A stretch of DNA of 61,882 nucleotides, filler included. It is 6 parts of 6 records of this genome, joined end to end, with 100 filler letters (N's around TTAATTAATTAA, not from the genome) between each part and the next. Parts side by side here need not be neighbours in the genome. Positions count along the whole stretch, not along the records: positions 18,819 to 28,285 come from SRR2962707_3974; positions 28,386 to 50,139 come from SRR2962707_3975; 4 more parts are not named here. One strand, given 5' to 3'. Below the pieces are notes generated by a model. It did no database searches, had not been told where the DNA came from, and saw nothing but the letters and a program-made list of their open reading frames with translations. Position 1 is the stretch's first letter. Every line of letters begins with the position of its first letter. The translations under genes and the position numbers were made by a program. Below, piece by piece: positions 25,201 through 35,006 of this stretch.

Positions 25201-28200
25201 ATTGGCATCTGAATTTCTTAAGCATGCATCTGTGCCGCTGTTGCGAATTTTTCATCGTCGTTTTTCGGCGCTTCAGCAAGCCACAAACCAATCGATCACA
25301 CGAACACCACTTGCGACTCGCCAGTTGTAAGTTGTATTTTCTTCGGCAGTGTTGCGCTTGCAGTGAGCAAACCTACTGACATTGCTGACGTTGACTCTTC
25401 CTGCGTGCTTATCTGAATGCACTGACGGTTTGAAGGCACGTGATTGCTGAGCTCAGCAAATACATTGACGCGAACAACCTTGCAAGTGCGCCAACCGTTT
25501 CCGGCGAGGCAGCTAGAGTGGCTTCAGCAACTGACACTGTTGCAACAGACCTTGTTGATATGTTCATTCCGTTCCTTGAAGACCCAGCGAGACGCATGTT
25601 TAATTCCAAGTGCGCCATTTTACGCATTTTGGCTCGTACTTTACGTTTGATCCCGAACCCTGGCCACTATGTCCAACAGATTGGGCGTTTGCTGGGGCCG
25701 TGGCAGTGTGGAGGCGAGCAATTCGCGACCAAAATCCCGCGCAACCTCATCATAGACGTGGTCGCCAGTGCTGGCGGGACCGATTCTGCCTGGACAGGTG
25801 TCGCTGAAGATCTGCGCGAGGTGGGTGTGCTGCTGCGATATTGTTGGTTGTCGTGCGTATGCGCATTGCATTGGCCTTATCCGGCTGTATGAACACTTTG
25901 CATGCAGTTAAACACATGGTCGAAGGATGCCCTTGAAGAATTTGATTTCGAGAGCCGCAACAAGGCTATGCAACGGTTCAATGCTAAAGGGGGGCGTTTT
26001 CAGGAGCTGATGCACATGCACACGTTGCAGCGGCCATTGTTGGCGCCGGTGTTGCAACATTACGTGTTCATGCTTCACAACGAGGAAATGTTTGTGCGGC
26101 AAGCTGCCTTTCACGGACTGGAGGTTTTTGTAGGGTTCTTATTTGCTGAGTTGAGACATTCAGCAGGCGAAAGAGGGTGTGACAATCTCATTTCACTCCT
26201 TACGAATGTTCTGCTTCCGACACTTCACGAAAGCATGAAGAGTGAACAAAGTAACGTGCGCAAAGGCGTTCTTGGTATCATTGCTTGCATCATCAGACAC
26301 GGCCGCGATGCGAATGACGCTGGCGAAAAGTGGCTGGATGAAGAATCAAGTTGTGTTTCCTCGACTTCGGGGCAGGTCGACTTGAGAACCGCATTGCACC
26401 TCGACTTGGCTTCTCTTCTAAACGATGCAGACCGAGAACAAGACTTTTTTGCCAACTTGAGGCATATCCAAGTTCATCGTGTGACGCGGGCTGTTCAAGA
26501 GCTGCAACTACGTTTGTCGCAAGAATCGCGCAGCATTTTGAACTTAACGGAGCACACCATTCAAAACGTTGTGCTGCCGGTGGCACAGCACTTCGTGAAT
26601 GAGTCAACTGACCAAAAGACATCGCAATTGAAGGAAAAAGCAGTTGCGCTTGTGGGTGCATTGGCAAAGCGGATGTCGTGGCAAAACTACTGGGCTTTGC
26701 TGCGAACCACAATCAAAAGTATCAACGCACTCCCGTCTCGTGAGCGAGTTCTGGTCAAGCAAACCTGCGTGATTCTTGACGCATTTCACTTTGAGGTGAC
26801 GGATTTAGTGATGTCATTTGCCGAGGCGAGACGACGCGGCTTAATTGCCGATGAGGAACGACGCAAAGCTGCTACAGTGGATGAACACGGGAACGCGAGC
26901 GATGGTGTTGCTAAACGTGCCGAATCAGCAACGCGGGACAAAGACGCTCAGCCATCCACCGCAGTTGTTGACAGTACACTGGGCGATCGTGTAGAGGCAG
27001 CTCATGAACTTGCCACCTCACCTGACACAATTGCTCGAACCATGCGGTTCAATGCGCTCCCAATGCTAAGGTCCTTGCTCACCAAAAGGATGGAAAACAA
27101 CGTATGTTTGAAACCGCTCGCTTTTTACTTGTGCAAATTGCTCTCGCACAAGACCTCTCCAACGCGCTGTTGTGCCATATGTCCTGACTTGAACTCAAGG
27201 CTGTTGAACTTCGGTCCAGCGTAGCTATTGCTGTGGTGAAACTAATCAGCGTCATGGGCCCAAAAACAACAGAAGCTCACCTGTCAGAAATCGTAATCAA
27301 GGTGTGCTGCTTTCGCATTTGTAGATGCTTTACGCATGCAGTGCTGGTCCTTGGACGCTTGCGTTCATCGGGCGCGTTATTGCCTTGAACGTGTTCGATT
27401 TCCAGGTTGTTAATGTGCTGAAGAGCCGCAATCAGTCCACACGAGACGAAGCAGCAGCAACGTTGACCGAAATTCTTAAAATTGCGGGGGTAACGTTGTT
27501 GCCTATGGTGTTGGAGACATTGAATAGCATCCTTTGCTCTGGGTTCCAAGTACACGTCCTAGGATCGGTTGTCCACGGGCTTGTTCGTGGTACTCTTGTG
27601 CAAATTCACGAGCAATCAGAGGAACATTCTGGGACAGACGGAGGATCGAGCAAAGCTGCTCCGGCTGACCAAAAAAAAGTTTCCAAAGGCAAGCGGGTTG
27701 CGGCAAGATACCTGGCTGGAATGAAGGCCGACGACGATACGGTGTGGAGATGCCTTCCGGTGCTCGTGGCTGTCGTCTTAGAAGATGTATTTGGAGATAC
27801 CGCAGCCCAGAAGGAAGACGACTCTGGCTATAGGTTTGTTCCCTTCCAGGTCACCTTGGTCGCGTGTGTGTGTGCGCGCGCATGTGTGTGCTGTAATATG
27901 GTGCACTCACAACATCAAAATGATTAGGCCTGATGGTGGAAACGCGGGAATGCGAGAGCTCAAATCGTGTAAAAGCTTTGACACATTTGAGGTGAGCGCC
28001 ACAATTTTTTTACGACTTTGATTCCAGGCATGAAGCGTGAGTACTAAATTTGTGATTCCGCACGTTGTTGCGCCAGGTCGTGTGCTCTGCCATAAAATTC
28101 TTGCCCGACGCCTCGATTCACGTGATACTGTCACCGATACTGCAAAAGCTGGCTGGGCATCCGTCCCAAAAAACCGTTAACAAGGTTCAGCGGCTTTTGC

Positions 28201-28285
28201 ACCGCGCAGTTGTTGGTCTTGCGCACAACACAACAGTTACGGTCCCAAAACTTCTTGTGTACGTCCACGAACTTGTTTCCAACTA
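19219..28285 (+). CDS. UTP20: U3 snoRNA-associated protein 20 (SSU processome HEAT-repeat protein), multi-exon, 3'-truncated
   Basis: N-terminal UTP20-like HRFRNQKEKV...SFIEEL...FVRFWRDV...LLVHNRARIVDII...EFFKSFPPLF. Also YIRAFAAELVAFIFRK, RHDVVPLVIRLLLGRM, EQDFFANLRHIQVHRVTRA, LKSRNQSTRDEA and GFQVHVLG. Confidence 0.92.
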
Positions 28286-28385
28286 NNNNNNNNNNNNNNN
28301 NNNNNNNNNNNNNNNNNNNNNNNNNNNNNTTAATTAATTAANNNNNNNNNNNNNNNNNNNNNNNNNNNNNNNNNNNNNNNNNNNN
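28286..28385. other. Artificial contig-joining spacer
   Basis: N44-TTAATTAATTAA-N44. Confidence 0.99.
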
Positions 28386-28389
28386 TTAT

Positions 28390-28412
28390 GTCACGAATTT
28401 CAAATTTGTGAT
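28390..28412. promoter_or_regulatory. Imperfect palindrome overlapping the XRE start codon (putative autoregulatory operator)
   Basis: GTCACGAATTT-C-AAATTTGTGAT. Confidence 0.4.
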
Positions 28413-28632
28413 AGGGATTAGAAATGAGGACTTATTAAATCGCTTTGGTGAGCGCCTGAGATTAATCAGAGCTGAGAAAGGTGTGTCACAAGAAAAACTC
28501 GCGAACCTCTCTGGGATAACAATTAGCCAGGTCTCTAGAATTGAACGGGGTGAAGTGAATACAACAATAAGTACACTCGACGTTTTGGCTAAGTCTCTTG
28601 ATATGACAATTTCTGAACTACTAGATTTTTAA
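28408..28632 (+). CDS. XRE/Cro-family HTH transcriptional regulator
   Basis: FGERLRLIRAEKGVSQEKLANLSGITISQVSRIERGEVNTTISTLDVLAKSL is a classic HTH_3 pattern. Confidence 0.92.
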   Translation: MIGIRNEDLLNRFGERLRLIRAEKGVSQEKLANLSGITISQVSRIERGEVNTTISTLDVLAKSLDMTISELLDF

Positions 28633-28664
28633 TAAAGATTATTTCTTCCATTGAGGCTTCCGAT

Positions 28665-28814
28665 TTAGATGCCTTCTTTCTTATTAGCTCTATCAGATTC
28701 AGTTGAATCAAACTTTCTTCTTCGATGAAGAAGATAATGCGCCATTCCAAATACAACAGTTGATGTGATTATTATCAACATAGTCCAAGCTCCATAAGTG
28801 AATATTTCCCACAT
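28665..28814 (-). CDS. Possible 49-aa single-pass membrane peptide
   Basis: Manual translation MWEIFTYGAWTMLIIITSTVVFGMAHYLLHRRRKFDSTESDRANKKEGI. Below the ORF-track cutoff. Confidence 0.3.
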   Translation of the reverse strand: MWEIFTYGAWTMLIIITSTVVFGMAHYLLHRRRKFDSTESDRANKKEGI

Positions 28815-28839
28815 TGCTTGTTTATATTAGAATTCACAA

Positions 28840-29490
28840 ATGAAGATGGATGAACATATAAATTTAAAGAAGTTCGTTTTCTTCCATAGGCTATCTAACA
28901 CAGAGAAGTCAATCGAAGTTGATGTAGAAAAATATCCTGCGCCTTTCATAATACAGCATAAGCAAACTGGAGAACTCTATCATCTAAGACTGAGCGAATG
29001 GGTAAGCCCGCTTTATAACGAAACAAGACATTTGTATGAGATTGTGAATCCAGGTGATCCAGTATGGCTGTATAGAGTCAAACATCAAAAATCACCAGCA
29101 GGATTAATGGACAGATCAGCTGCGAATACTATGGTGAAAGCTAGTCCACAAAATTTTTTTATAAAGGAAGTTGAAAATGTGCATGAGGAATTAATCAAAA
29201 AGAGAGATCCTGATGAGTTTGAAAGATATGTTTGGATACCCGGTAATATTTCTCAGAAAAGTATCGATGATTTAATTAACGGGAATCTTAAATCTAATCA
29301 GGACGAAAAGAGTCATCTGCTTTCGCTAAATATTTGGATTGTTCCTCTAATCTTTCTTTGGCTTTTGACGGGTTGGTTCATAGGTCAATCTTGGTCTCTA
29401 ATAAAGGGTGATGAATTAAAAGTGATACTATCAATCGCAACGTTTTTGTTCACTTTAACCTTCACCCTTTGGAAAATACGGAAAGAGTAG
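28840..29490 (+). CDS. Hypothetical protein with two C-terminal transmembrane helices (element cargo)
   Basis: 216-aa ORF with hydrophobic IWIVPLIFLWLLTGWFIG and VILSIATFLFTLTFTLW. Confidence 0.75.
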   Translation: MKMDEHINLKKFVFFHRLSNTEKSIEVDVEKYPAPFIIQHKQTGELYHLRLSEWVSPLYNETRHLYEIVNPGDPVWLYRVKHQKSPAGLMDRSAANTMVKASPQNFFIKEVENVHEELIKKRDPDEFERYVWIPGNISQKSIDDLINGNLKSNQDEKSHLLSLNIWIVPLIFLWLLTGWFIGQSWSLIKGDELKVILSIATFLFTLTFTLWKIRKE

Positions 29491-29561
29491 GTATTTATTT
29501 AGTTGAAATGCAATGACGTATTGAATAAGCACAATGGAAAGCACTTTAAGTGATCCAGATT

Positions 29562-30449
29562 CTATAACTCAAACTTCGGATCATCCCCCCGTCTTTTTCT
29601 TTTCCGCTTCCTCTTGCGTATCCTGTCTTCCTCTTCCTCCTGTCCAGGAGGATTTGTTAAGGATTTAGGTATGTACGGCTCAGATCCTACCGATATCGAG
29701 GTATAAGTTAATGTCAATTGATTCTGGGTTGGAGCAGCTTTGGGTATTGAAAGCTTAGCTTGTGGATCTCTATCAAAGCTGGCAATGACTTTCTTGTAGC
29801 TAAGGCTTCTGTGAACTTCTGAGGCCTTCCAGACTATCCCCTTTCTTTTGTGCATGAAACTCCATCCGGTTATGGTTCCGGTATTTTTGGATTGGTTGTA
29901 TTTGACTTTCCATCCACGCTTTAACAACGTCTGCTCAATGTCATTAAGAGAGGAAGCTTTTCGAATCGTATTTAGAATGAATGTTTTTTCCTGGTGTGAC
30001 TGGTCTGCAGCAATTGTAAAACCATAGGCCTTTTCATACTTCTTCATCAGAGTCATTGTTCTTCTCGCTGAGTGATTGTAATCTATTGGTTGGCCATCAT
30101 TGCCTATTCGATTGAATACAATATGGCAATGCTGATGGCCAGCATCACGGTGTTGCACCCCCAGGATCTGAGTATCCTTCCAACCCATATCCTCGGAATA
30201 TCGCTTTACAATTTCGCGCATAGTGTTTACATCAACCTGATCCTTCGTATCGAAGGAAATTGAAACGTGAATGACTGGCGAAGAAATGCCTGGACGCATT
30301 GAACTTTGAGCTTTGAAATCTTCAATAATGTATTTTTTCTGGTCATATCGAACGCCATCAGCTTTGAAAACCACCGCTTTCTTTTTTGGATCCAGAAGGT
30401 AGTTAACTAGTCCATTAAAAGCCTTTCCTAATCCTACCTTTCCAATCAT
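29562..30449 (-). CDS. Relaxase/mobilization nuclease (MOBP-like)
   Basis: N-terminal FNGLVNYL (catalytic Tyr), VIHVSISF, and the His triad HRDAGHQHCHIVFNR. Confidence 0.92.
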   Translation of the reverse strand: MIGKVGLGKAFNGLVNYLLDPKKKAVVFKADGVRYDQKKYIIEDFKAQSSMRPGISSPVIHVSISFDTKDQVDVNTMREIVKRYSEDMGWKDTQILGVQHRDAGHQHCHIVFNRIGNDGQPIDYNHSARRTMTLMKKYEKAYGFTIAADQSHQEKTFILNTIRKASSLNDIEQTLLKRGWKVKYNQSKNTGTITGWSFMHKRKGIVWKASEVHRSLSYKKVIASFDRDPQAKLSIPKAAPTQNQLTLTYTSISVGSEPYIPKSLTNPPGQEEEEDRIRKRKRKRKRRGDDPKFEL

Positions 30450-30778
30450 AAACCTTCCCGGATTATTTTGATAATAGATGTGATATCATGAAGATCAATG
30501 ACCATTGTCATATTCATTTTTTCTCCTGGAGACATAGAGTTCAACTTCTTCGCAATTTGATTAAGGTTGTTACTCATTCCCGTAAGTTTCCGGATCTCGT
30601 TCATGTCATCCACACTAAGTGATCTAGGAATTTTTTCTTCCAATCCGCAACGAAGAATATACTCACTTGTTGGAAGTCCGCATTGACTAGCTCGCTGTTG
30701 AAGTTCAAGCTTCTGTTCCTTAGTGCATGCGATTGAAACTCGCTCATCCTTTGTCGTTTTCTTCTTAGGTCGAGCCAT
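30446..30778 (-). CDS. mobC: MobC relaxosome accessory protein
   Basis: MARPKK...RASQCGLPTSEYI...SNNLNQIAKKLN. Overlaps the relaxase start (ATGA). Confidence 0.9.
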   Translation of the reverse strand: MARPKKKTTKDERVSIACTKEQKLELQQRASQCGLPTSEYILRCGLEEKIPRSLSVDDMNEIRKLTGMSNNLNQIAKKLNSMSPGEKMNMTMVIDLHDITSIIKIIREGL

Positions 30779-30803
30779 AACTTTTGCAAACGCAGTGCGA
30801 AAA

Positions 30804-30945
30804 AGCCAGAAAATTTTTGAGATACGTAAACGATAGTTTTCGTAGTGAAAAAATACTTCTGGCTATGTAATAACTTAATTCATTTGTTAGGATAAATAGA
30901 TACTTAAGCGTTAACAGTATGTTAGTAAATACGGGGCAAGAAAAT
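30804..30945. promoter_or_regulatory. Candidate oriT
   Basis: Nested imperfect inverted repeat at 30804-30864 (AGCCAGAA...TTCTGGCT; TACGTAAAC/GTTTTCGTA) directly upstream of mobC. The minus strand has TTCTTGCCCC at ~30933-30942, resembling MOBP nic sites. Confidence 0.5.
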
Positions 30946-30984
30946 GCACCCATTTTATTTTTTGATAGGAAATACATCATCCAT

Positions 30985-31356
30985 TCAGAAGTTAAAACTC
31001 TCATCACTTCCACCTCTTTTTTTAACTCTTCCAGTCCGCTTTTTTTCTGCTCTCTTGACTTTATCCGGTCGCTCAGGAATATCCATTTCAATACTCGATA
31101 GAAATAGATCAATAGCCTCTTGCAGCATTTCACCCTGGGTGTAGTATGGGTCTCCATTCACTTTCCGGAAGTGTACATAATTTCTAATCTTTTCAATGTG
31201 ACTTGGTAGAATAGTCAATGAGTGCGTTTTCGGTTCTTCTATCTTTCTCTCTCTCGCCACATCATTCATCTCACTAAGCAGATCTTTGTCTTTCCCGATT
31301 AAGCTTCCTCCAACGTGGCGTGCCTTTGGGTTCTTAAATTCATCTTTCTTAGACAT
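30985..31356 (-). CDS. Small ParA partner (putative type Ib centromere-binding, RHH-like)
   Basis: 123 aa, overlapping the parA end. Strand-helix-helix-like segment KTHSLTILPSHIEKIRNYV...TQGEMLQEAIDLFL. Confidence 0.6.
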   Translation of the reverse strand: MSKKDEFKNPKARHVGGSLIGKDKDLLSEMNDVARERKIEEPKTHSLTILPSHIEKIRNYVHFRKVNGDPYYTQGEMLQEAIDLFLSSIEMDIPERPDKVKRAEKKRTGRVKKRGGSDESFNF

Positions 31357-32164
31357 GGGCTACCTCCATTTTCAATCTTTTCAGCAGTTCTTCGATGACT
31401 AGTTGAAAGTCCTCAAACCCGGAGAACCTTTGCGGTATTCTCTTTTCAGATAATTTCTTCGCATACTCAGTTATCTCAGTACTCAAATGGGTATGCTCCT
31501 TCATTTTAGTATTAATCCGGATAGGAGTCTTGAAGATCAAATCGCCATACTCTTGCTGACATAGCTCCCAGACTGCCTGGTCTATGCTATTCCTTTTGTC
31601 ATAACTATTCATCAAAATCCCAATCGGTTCAATCGAAGAGTTTAGTTTCCTGAACTTTTGAATTAGAGCTAAAACCGAATTAATCCCATTTAGGCTGAAG
31701 GAGTGAGGCATGGTAGGGATAAGCACAAAGTCTGATGTTGCCAACGCGTTTTGGACCACTATTTCTTGGTTGGGTGGACAATCGATTAGAATGAAGTCGC
31801 ATCGATCAATGATTGGAGCTAAGAAGAGCTTTAGAATTAGTCTGGGGTTTTCAAATTGGTACTCACGATCTAACTTAAGTTTATCTGCAAAGTTTAGTGG
31901 CTGAAGATGCTCGCTTCCGGGGATCAACACAAGGTTCTTATTGATATTGACCCCCTTGGGTCGATGAAGATCGAAAAGGCACGAGAATATATCCAATCCT
32001 CTTTCTATCTCAACTGGAGAACAAAGCGTCAAGTCATTTTGAGGATCCAGGTCAAGCATAACGACCTTGTATCCTCTACTTGAAAGTATACTTCCTATTG
32101 AGCTGCATGTGGTAGTTTTTCCAACTCCTCCTTTCTCGTTTAAAATGCTAATTGTTACTGCCAT
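31349..32164 (-). CDS. parA: ParA family partition ATPase
   Basis: Deviant Walker A NEKGGVGKTT, LDLDPQ and DFILIDCPP. No N-terminal HTH (type Ib). Confidence 0.93.
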   Translation of the reverse strand: MAVTISILNEKGGVGKTTTCSSIGSILSSRGYKVVMLDLDPQNDLTLCSPVEIERGLDIFSCLFDLHRPKGVNINKNLVLIPGSEHLQPLNFADKLKLDREYQFENPRLILKLFLAPIIDRCDFILIDCPPNQEIVVQNALATSDFVLIPTMPHSFSLNGINSVLALIQKFRKLNSSIEPIGILMNSYDKRNSIDQAVWELCQQEYGDLIFKTPIRINTKMKEHTHLSTEITEYAKKLSEKRIPQRFSGFEDFQLVIEELLKRLKMEVAHV

Positions 32165-32206
32165 TGATAATGTCTTTTAATGTGATTAATGTCTTCATTA
32201 TTGATA

Positions 32207-32488
32207 TTATTGGTGATTGTTCGACATTAGAAAGCCGTCTTTGTACCGCCTCAATTCTTCTCCGGTTCTAGTGTCGTATATAATTGCGATATCATATTTT
32301 CCATTCAGGTGGTTTGATTCAACCATTTTGATAAGCTTTCCTAAACCATAGGATCTATCTCCCTCTCTTAATGATTTAGCTGTTTCGAAGCTGTAGTAAA
32401 TCATGTCTGTGTGCCCATTGATCGCATTCTTCCATTTGACCCAAAGCCTTGTCTGGGCTTGCGCTTTCATTTTGGCCGAGAACTTCAT
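32207..32488 (-). CDS. Hypothetical protein (93 aa)
   Basis: Start at MKFSAK is translationally coupled (ATGA) to the upstream Rep-like gene. Confidence 0.7.
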   Translation of the reverse strand: MKFSAKMKAQAQTRLWVKWKNAINGHTDMIYYSFETAKSLREGDRSYGLGKLIKMVESNHLNGKYDIAIIYDTRTGEELRRYKDGFLMSNNHQ

Positions 32489-33513
32489 GACGGTATGGTA
32501 TATAGGTTGAATGCATTTGATCTGTACCATTCAATCAGAGCTAAATCCTTAACTGACTGAATAAGGTGCAAATGCTTTTTCATCAGTTCCAATCTTGATT
32601 TACTCCTGACTAGATTCAGGCATTGGATCCGGATAGCCTTTCTGATCAGTTGAATTCTCAGCTTTCTATTTTTGACTAGCTCCATCTCTTCCAGCTTCCA
32701 GAATCGAAAACCATAAGAACTCATTGAGAAGTAGTGATAGGGATCCGGAATCTTGACTTCTGGATGATCAGCAAACCACTTTCTTGCTTTATCTAGGTGA
32801 TAAAGGGTTTTGAAGTACAATTCGGGGAGATCGCCATGCCACTGTTTCAACTTTTGTTTGAAGCAACCCTCGAGTAGATTAATGAGGACCTTCTCTCTGG
32901 AGTCATTGATGCTTAACTCAGGGTAGAGATATTTTTTTGCATGTTTCCAAAAGTTCTTGGCCAAGTCAGAACAACTCACCGAGTCAATTTTGGATAACCA
33001 GGTAATATTCTGGTTTGACTCGGTGATATGTTGTTCCTCAGTGTTCTTGTCAACACTATCCACATTCCTAGTTCTTTCTTTTTTTACAGAAGGTTCAAGA
33101 ACTAAACCCTGAATTTTTTTCCGTTTTAATTCTGAAGAATCAATTATTGTTTTGGGGTTAACCCATATTTTAATTCCACCTTTTGTTCTTTCCTTTTTCA
33201 GGATCACCCCGCACTCAACCAGCCGGTTGATTTGATTATGTACTGTTCTTCCAGATTTCTCACTATTGCATCTTTTAGCTAGCGCTTTGGTATTAGTCTT
33301 CAGGTAGAATCCTAGCTTTCGGTCTTCAGGCTTTCTTGTACTCCATTCTTTGATCATAAATACAATGATTCTTTCTGCTAGGGCCAAGTGACCTTGCTTT
33401 ATGCAAGCTTTAAATTCACTCTCTTCCAGAAAGCTTTTGAAATTTCTAAATGCTGTATCAATGGTTAGGTTTTGCTCTATAATTGAGCAATCCAGGATAT
33501 AGGTAGAATCCAT
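32485..33513 (-). CDS. Putative replication initiator or wHTH DNA-binding protein
   Basis: wHTH-like segment TNTKALAKRCNSEKSGRTVHNQINRLVECGVILKKER. Lies between xis and par genes. The function is inferred. Confidence 0.5.
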   Translation of the reverse strand: MDSTYILDCSIIEQNLTIDTAFRNFKSFLEESEFKACIKQGHLALAERIIVFMIKEWSTRKPEDRKLGFYLKTNTKALAKRCNSEKSGRTVHNQINRLVECGVILKKERTKGGIKIWVNPKTIIDSSELKRKKIQGLVLEPSVKKERTRNVDSVDKNTEEQHITESNQNITWLSKIDSVSCSDLAKNFWKHAKKYLYPELSINDSREKVLINLLEGCFKQKLKQWHGDLPELYFKTLYHLDKARKWFADHPEVKIPDPYHYFSMSSYGFRFWKLEEMELVKNRKLRIQLIRKAIRIQCLNLVRSKSRLELMKKHLHLIQSVKDLALIEWYRSNAFNLYTIPS

Positions 33514-33583
33514 TATAGTTTGTTATTAGGTTATAAATGGCTACCTTAGATGTCTTCTAAGAACTCTAAGGAGCTTATGTTCC

Positions 33584-33615
33584 AAAAGCAACTCGCGCCA
33601 ACGAGTTGCTTTTTT
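33584..33615. terminator. Intrinsic terminator (bidirectional shape)
   Basis: AAAAGCAACTCG-cgccaa-CGAGTTGCTTTT right after the xis stop. Confidence 0.8.
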
Positions 33616-33913
33616 AATTTCTTGCCGCCTGTAAAAGGTGGGGGTTTCGCTGAACCGCCTTCCTAAGCTGAGACTTGTAAAATCTGATTTTGGAACTGCC
33701 GGGGACTTGTTGATAAGGAATCTTACCCTCCTTTTTCCATTTGATTATTGTAGTCTGGCTTATTGATAAGAATTCAGCAGCTTCCTTTTGATTCAATGTC
33801 TCTTCCTCTTCAACAACTTGTAAAGAGGAGTCATTTTGGTACTCCTGGATTGATTCTCTTATTACGTCCTTAAACTCTTCAAGTGAAAGACTAATTGTTA
33901 CAGCTCGTTCCAT
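33614..33913 (-). CDS. Excisionase-like HTH_17 protein
   Basis: LNQKEAAEFLSISQTTIIKWKKEGKIPY...IRFYKSQL. Confidence 0.88.
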   Translation of the reverse strand: MERAVTISLSLEEFKDVIRESIQEYQNDSSLQVVEEEETLNQKEAAEFLSISQTTIIKWKKEGKIPYQQVPGSSKIRFYKSQLRKAVQRNPHLLQAARN

Positions 33914-33989
33914 ATCAACTTAAATAAAATTGTATGGTCCGAAATTGATCTTAGTTTAGGAGGTGATGAAATATTGATTAAACTATTAA

Positions 33990-35006
33990 TTAATCAATAA
34001 ATTGACCGATTTCTGAAGTGCTCAATAAATGCTCTTTGAGCTTAAAATTAAAATCATCTATACTCTCCAGAATCTCTAATGGCATCTTCAGTTTTTTAAT
34101 TTGATCGAAGTATTTTTCCCAGAGATAATATGGGAAATAGTATTGTGTAGCTATTTCGTTTAAGGGGAAATCAAACCTTAACTCATCTTGATATGAGTAT
34201 TCACTTTTAAGGATTTCGTCACTTGGCAGAGGAATGCAAAAGTCAAATTCTGTGAGATATTGACTTGAAACATGAAACTCATTAATCTTATGACAGGTGG
34301 GACTAGAAAGAATATGAACGTTATTAATGAAATGAAGTGCATACCCGGTGATGTGGTTAATTTTTTTCAGAAGTGATTGGCTTTGTTTTGTCTTATCAAG
34401 CTCTGTGACTATTTCAAGTAATTGATAGACATCTTGATTTGCTTCAAAAAGCTTTTCTGATAAAGATGAATAACCACTAAGGCTTAAAAAATCGAGTATT
34501 TTGGTTCTAAATAGATCATCAATAACTTCATATACATTCTTGCTGAAGAGCTCATAATAAGCCATGAATTTTCCAGTTTCAAATTCATCGTTTTGGTCTA
34601 TGTACTTTTCAAGTATTACCTCAAGGAGTTTCTTGTCGATTTTAATTAAGTCTTCACTCTTTAAGAGTTTGAAATTGAATGGGGATGAAGCTGCGTTGTA
34701 AGCTGATTGGATACCATTTATTGTATTTGTTTCTAGATCTAGAGGACTACAGAAGAATGCTGTTTCTGTATGAAATCTTTTCTCGAAGAGTAAATTCCTA
34801 GCGGAATTAAGGCTGCATTGTCTTTGCCGTGGATTATTTAGATAGTTGATTTTGAGTAAAACATGCTTATACTCAATTCCGAAAATTCCTATTGCTGGCT
34901 TTTTTGTGTCATAATGGTATTTAAATGAAATCTTATTTCCATATTCATCGACTAAATGAAAGTCTGGTAAGGGATTCTCTCTTGATTTAAGAACGACCAT
35001 AATCAA
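33990..35006 (-). CDS. Hypothetical protein coupled to the integrase
   Basis: 338-aa AT-rich ORF whose start overlaps the integrase stop. No motif recognised. Confidence 0.75.
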   Translation of the reverse strand: MIMVVLKSRENPLPDFHLVDEYGNKISFKYHYDTKKPAIGIFGIEYKHVLLKINYLNNPRQRQCSLNSARNLLFEKRFHTETAFFCSPLDLETNTINGIQSAYNAASSPFNFKLLKSEDLIKIDKKLLEVILEKYIDQNDEFETGKFMAYYELFSKNVYEVIDDLFRTKILDFLSLSGYSSLSEKLFEANQDVYQLLEIVTELDKTKQSQSLLKKINHITGYALHFINNVHILSSPTCHKINEFHVSSQYLTEFDFCIPLPSDEILKSEYSYQDELRFDFPLNEIATQYYFPYYLWEKYFDQIKKLKMPLEILESIDDFNFKLKEHLLSTSEIGQFID

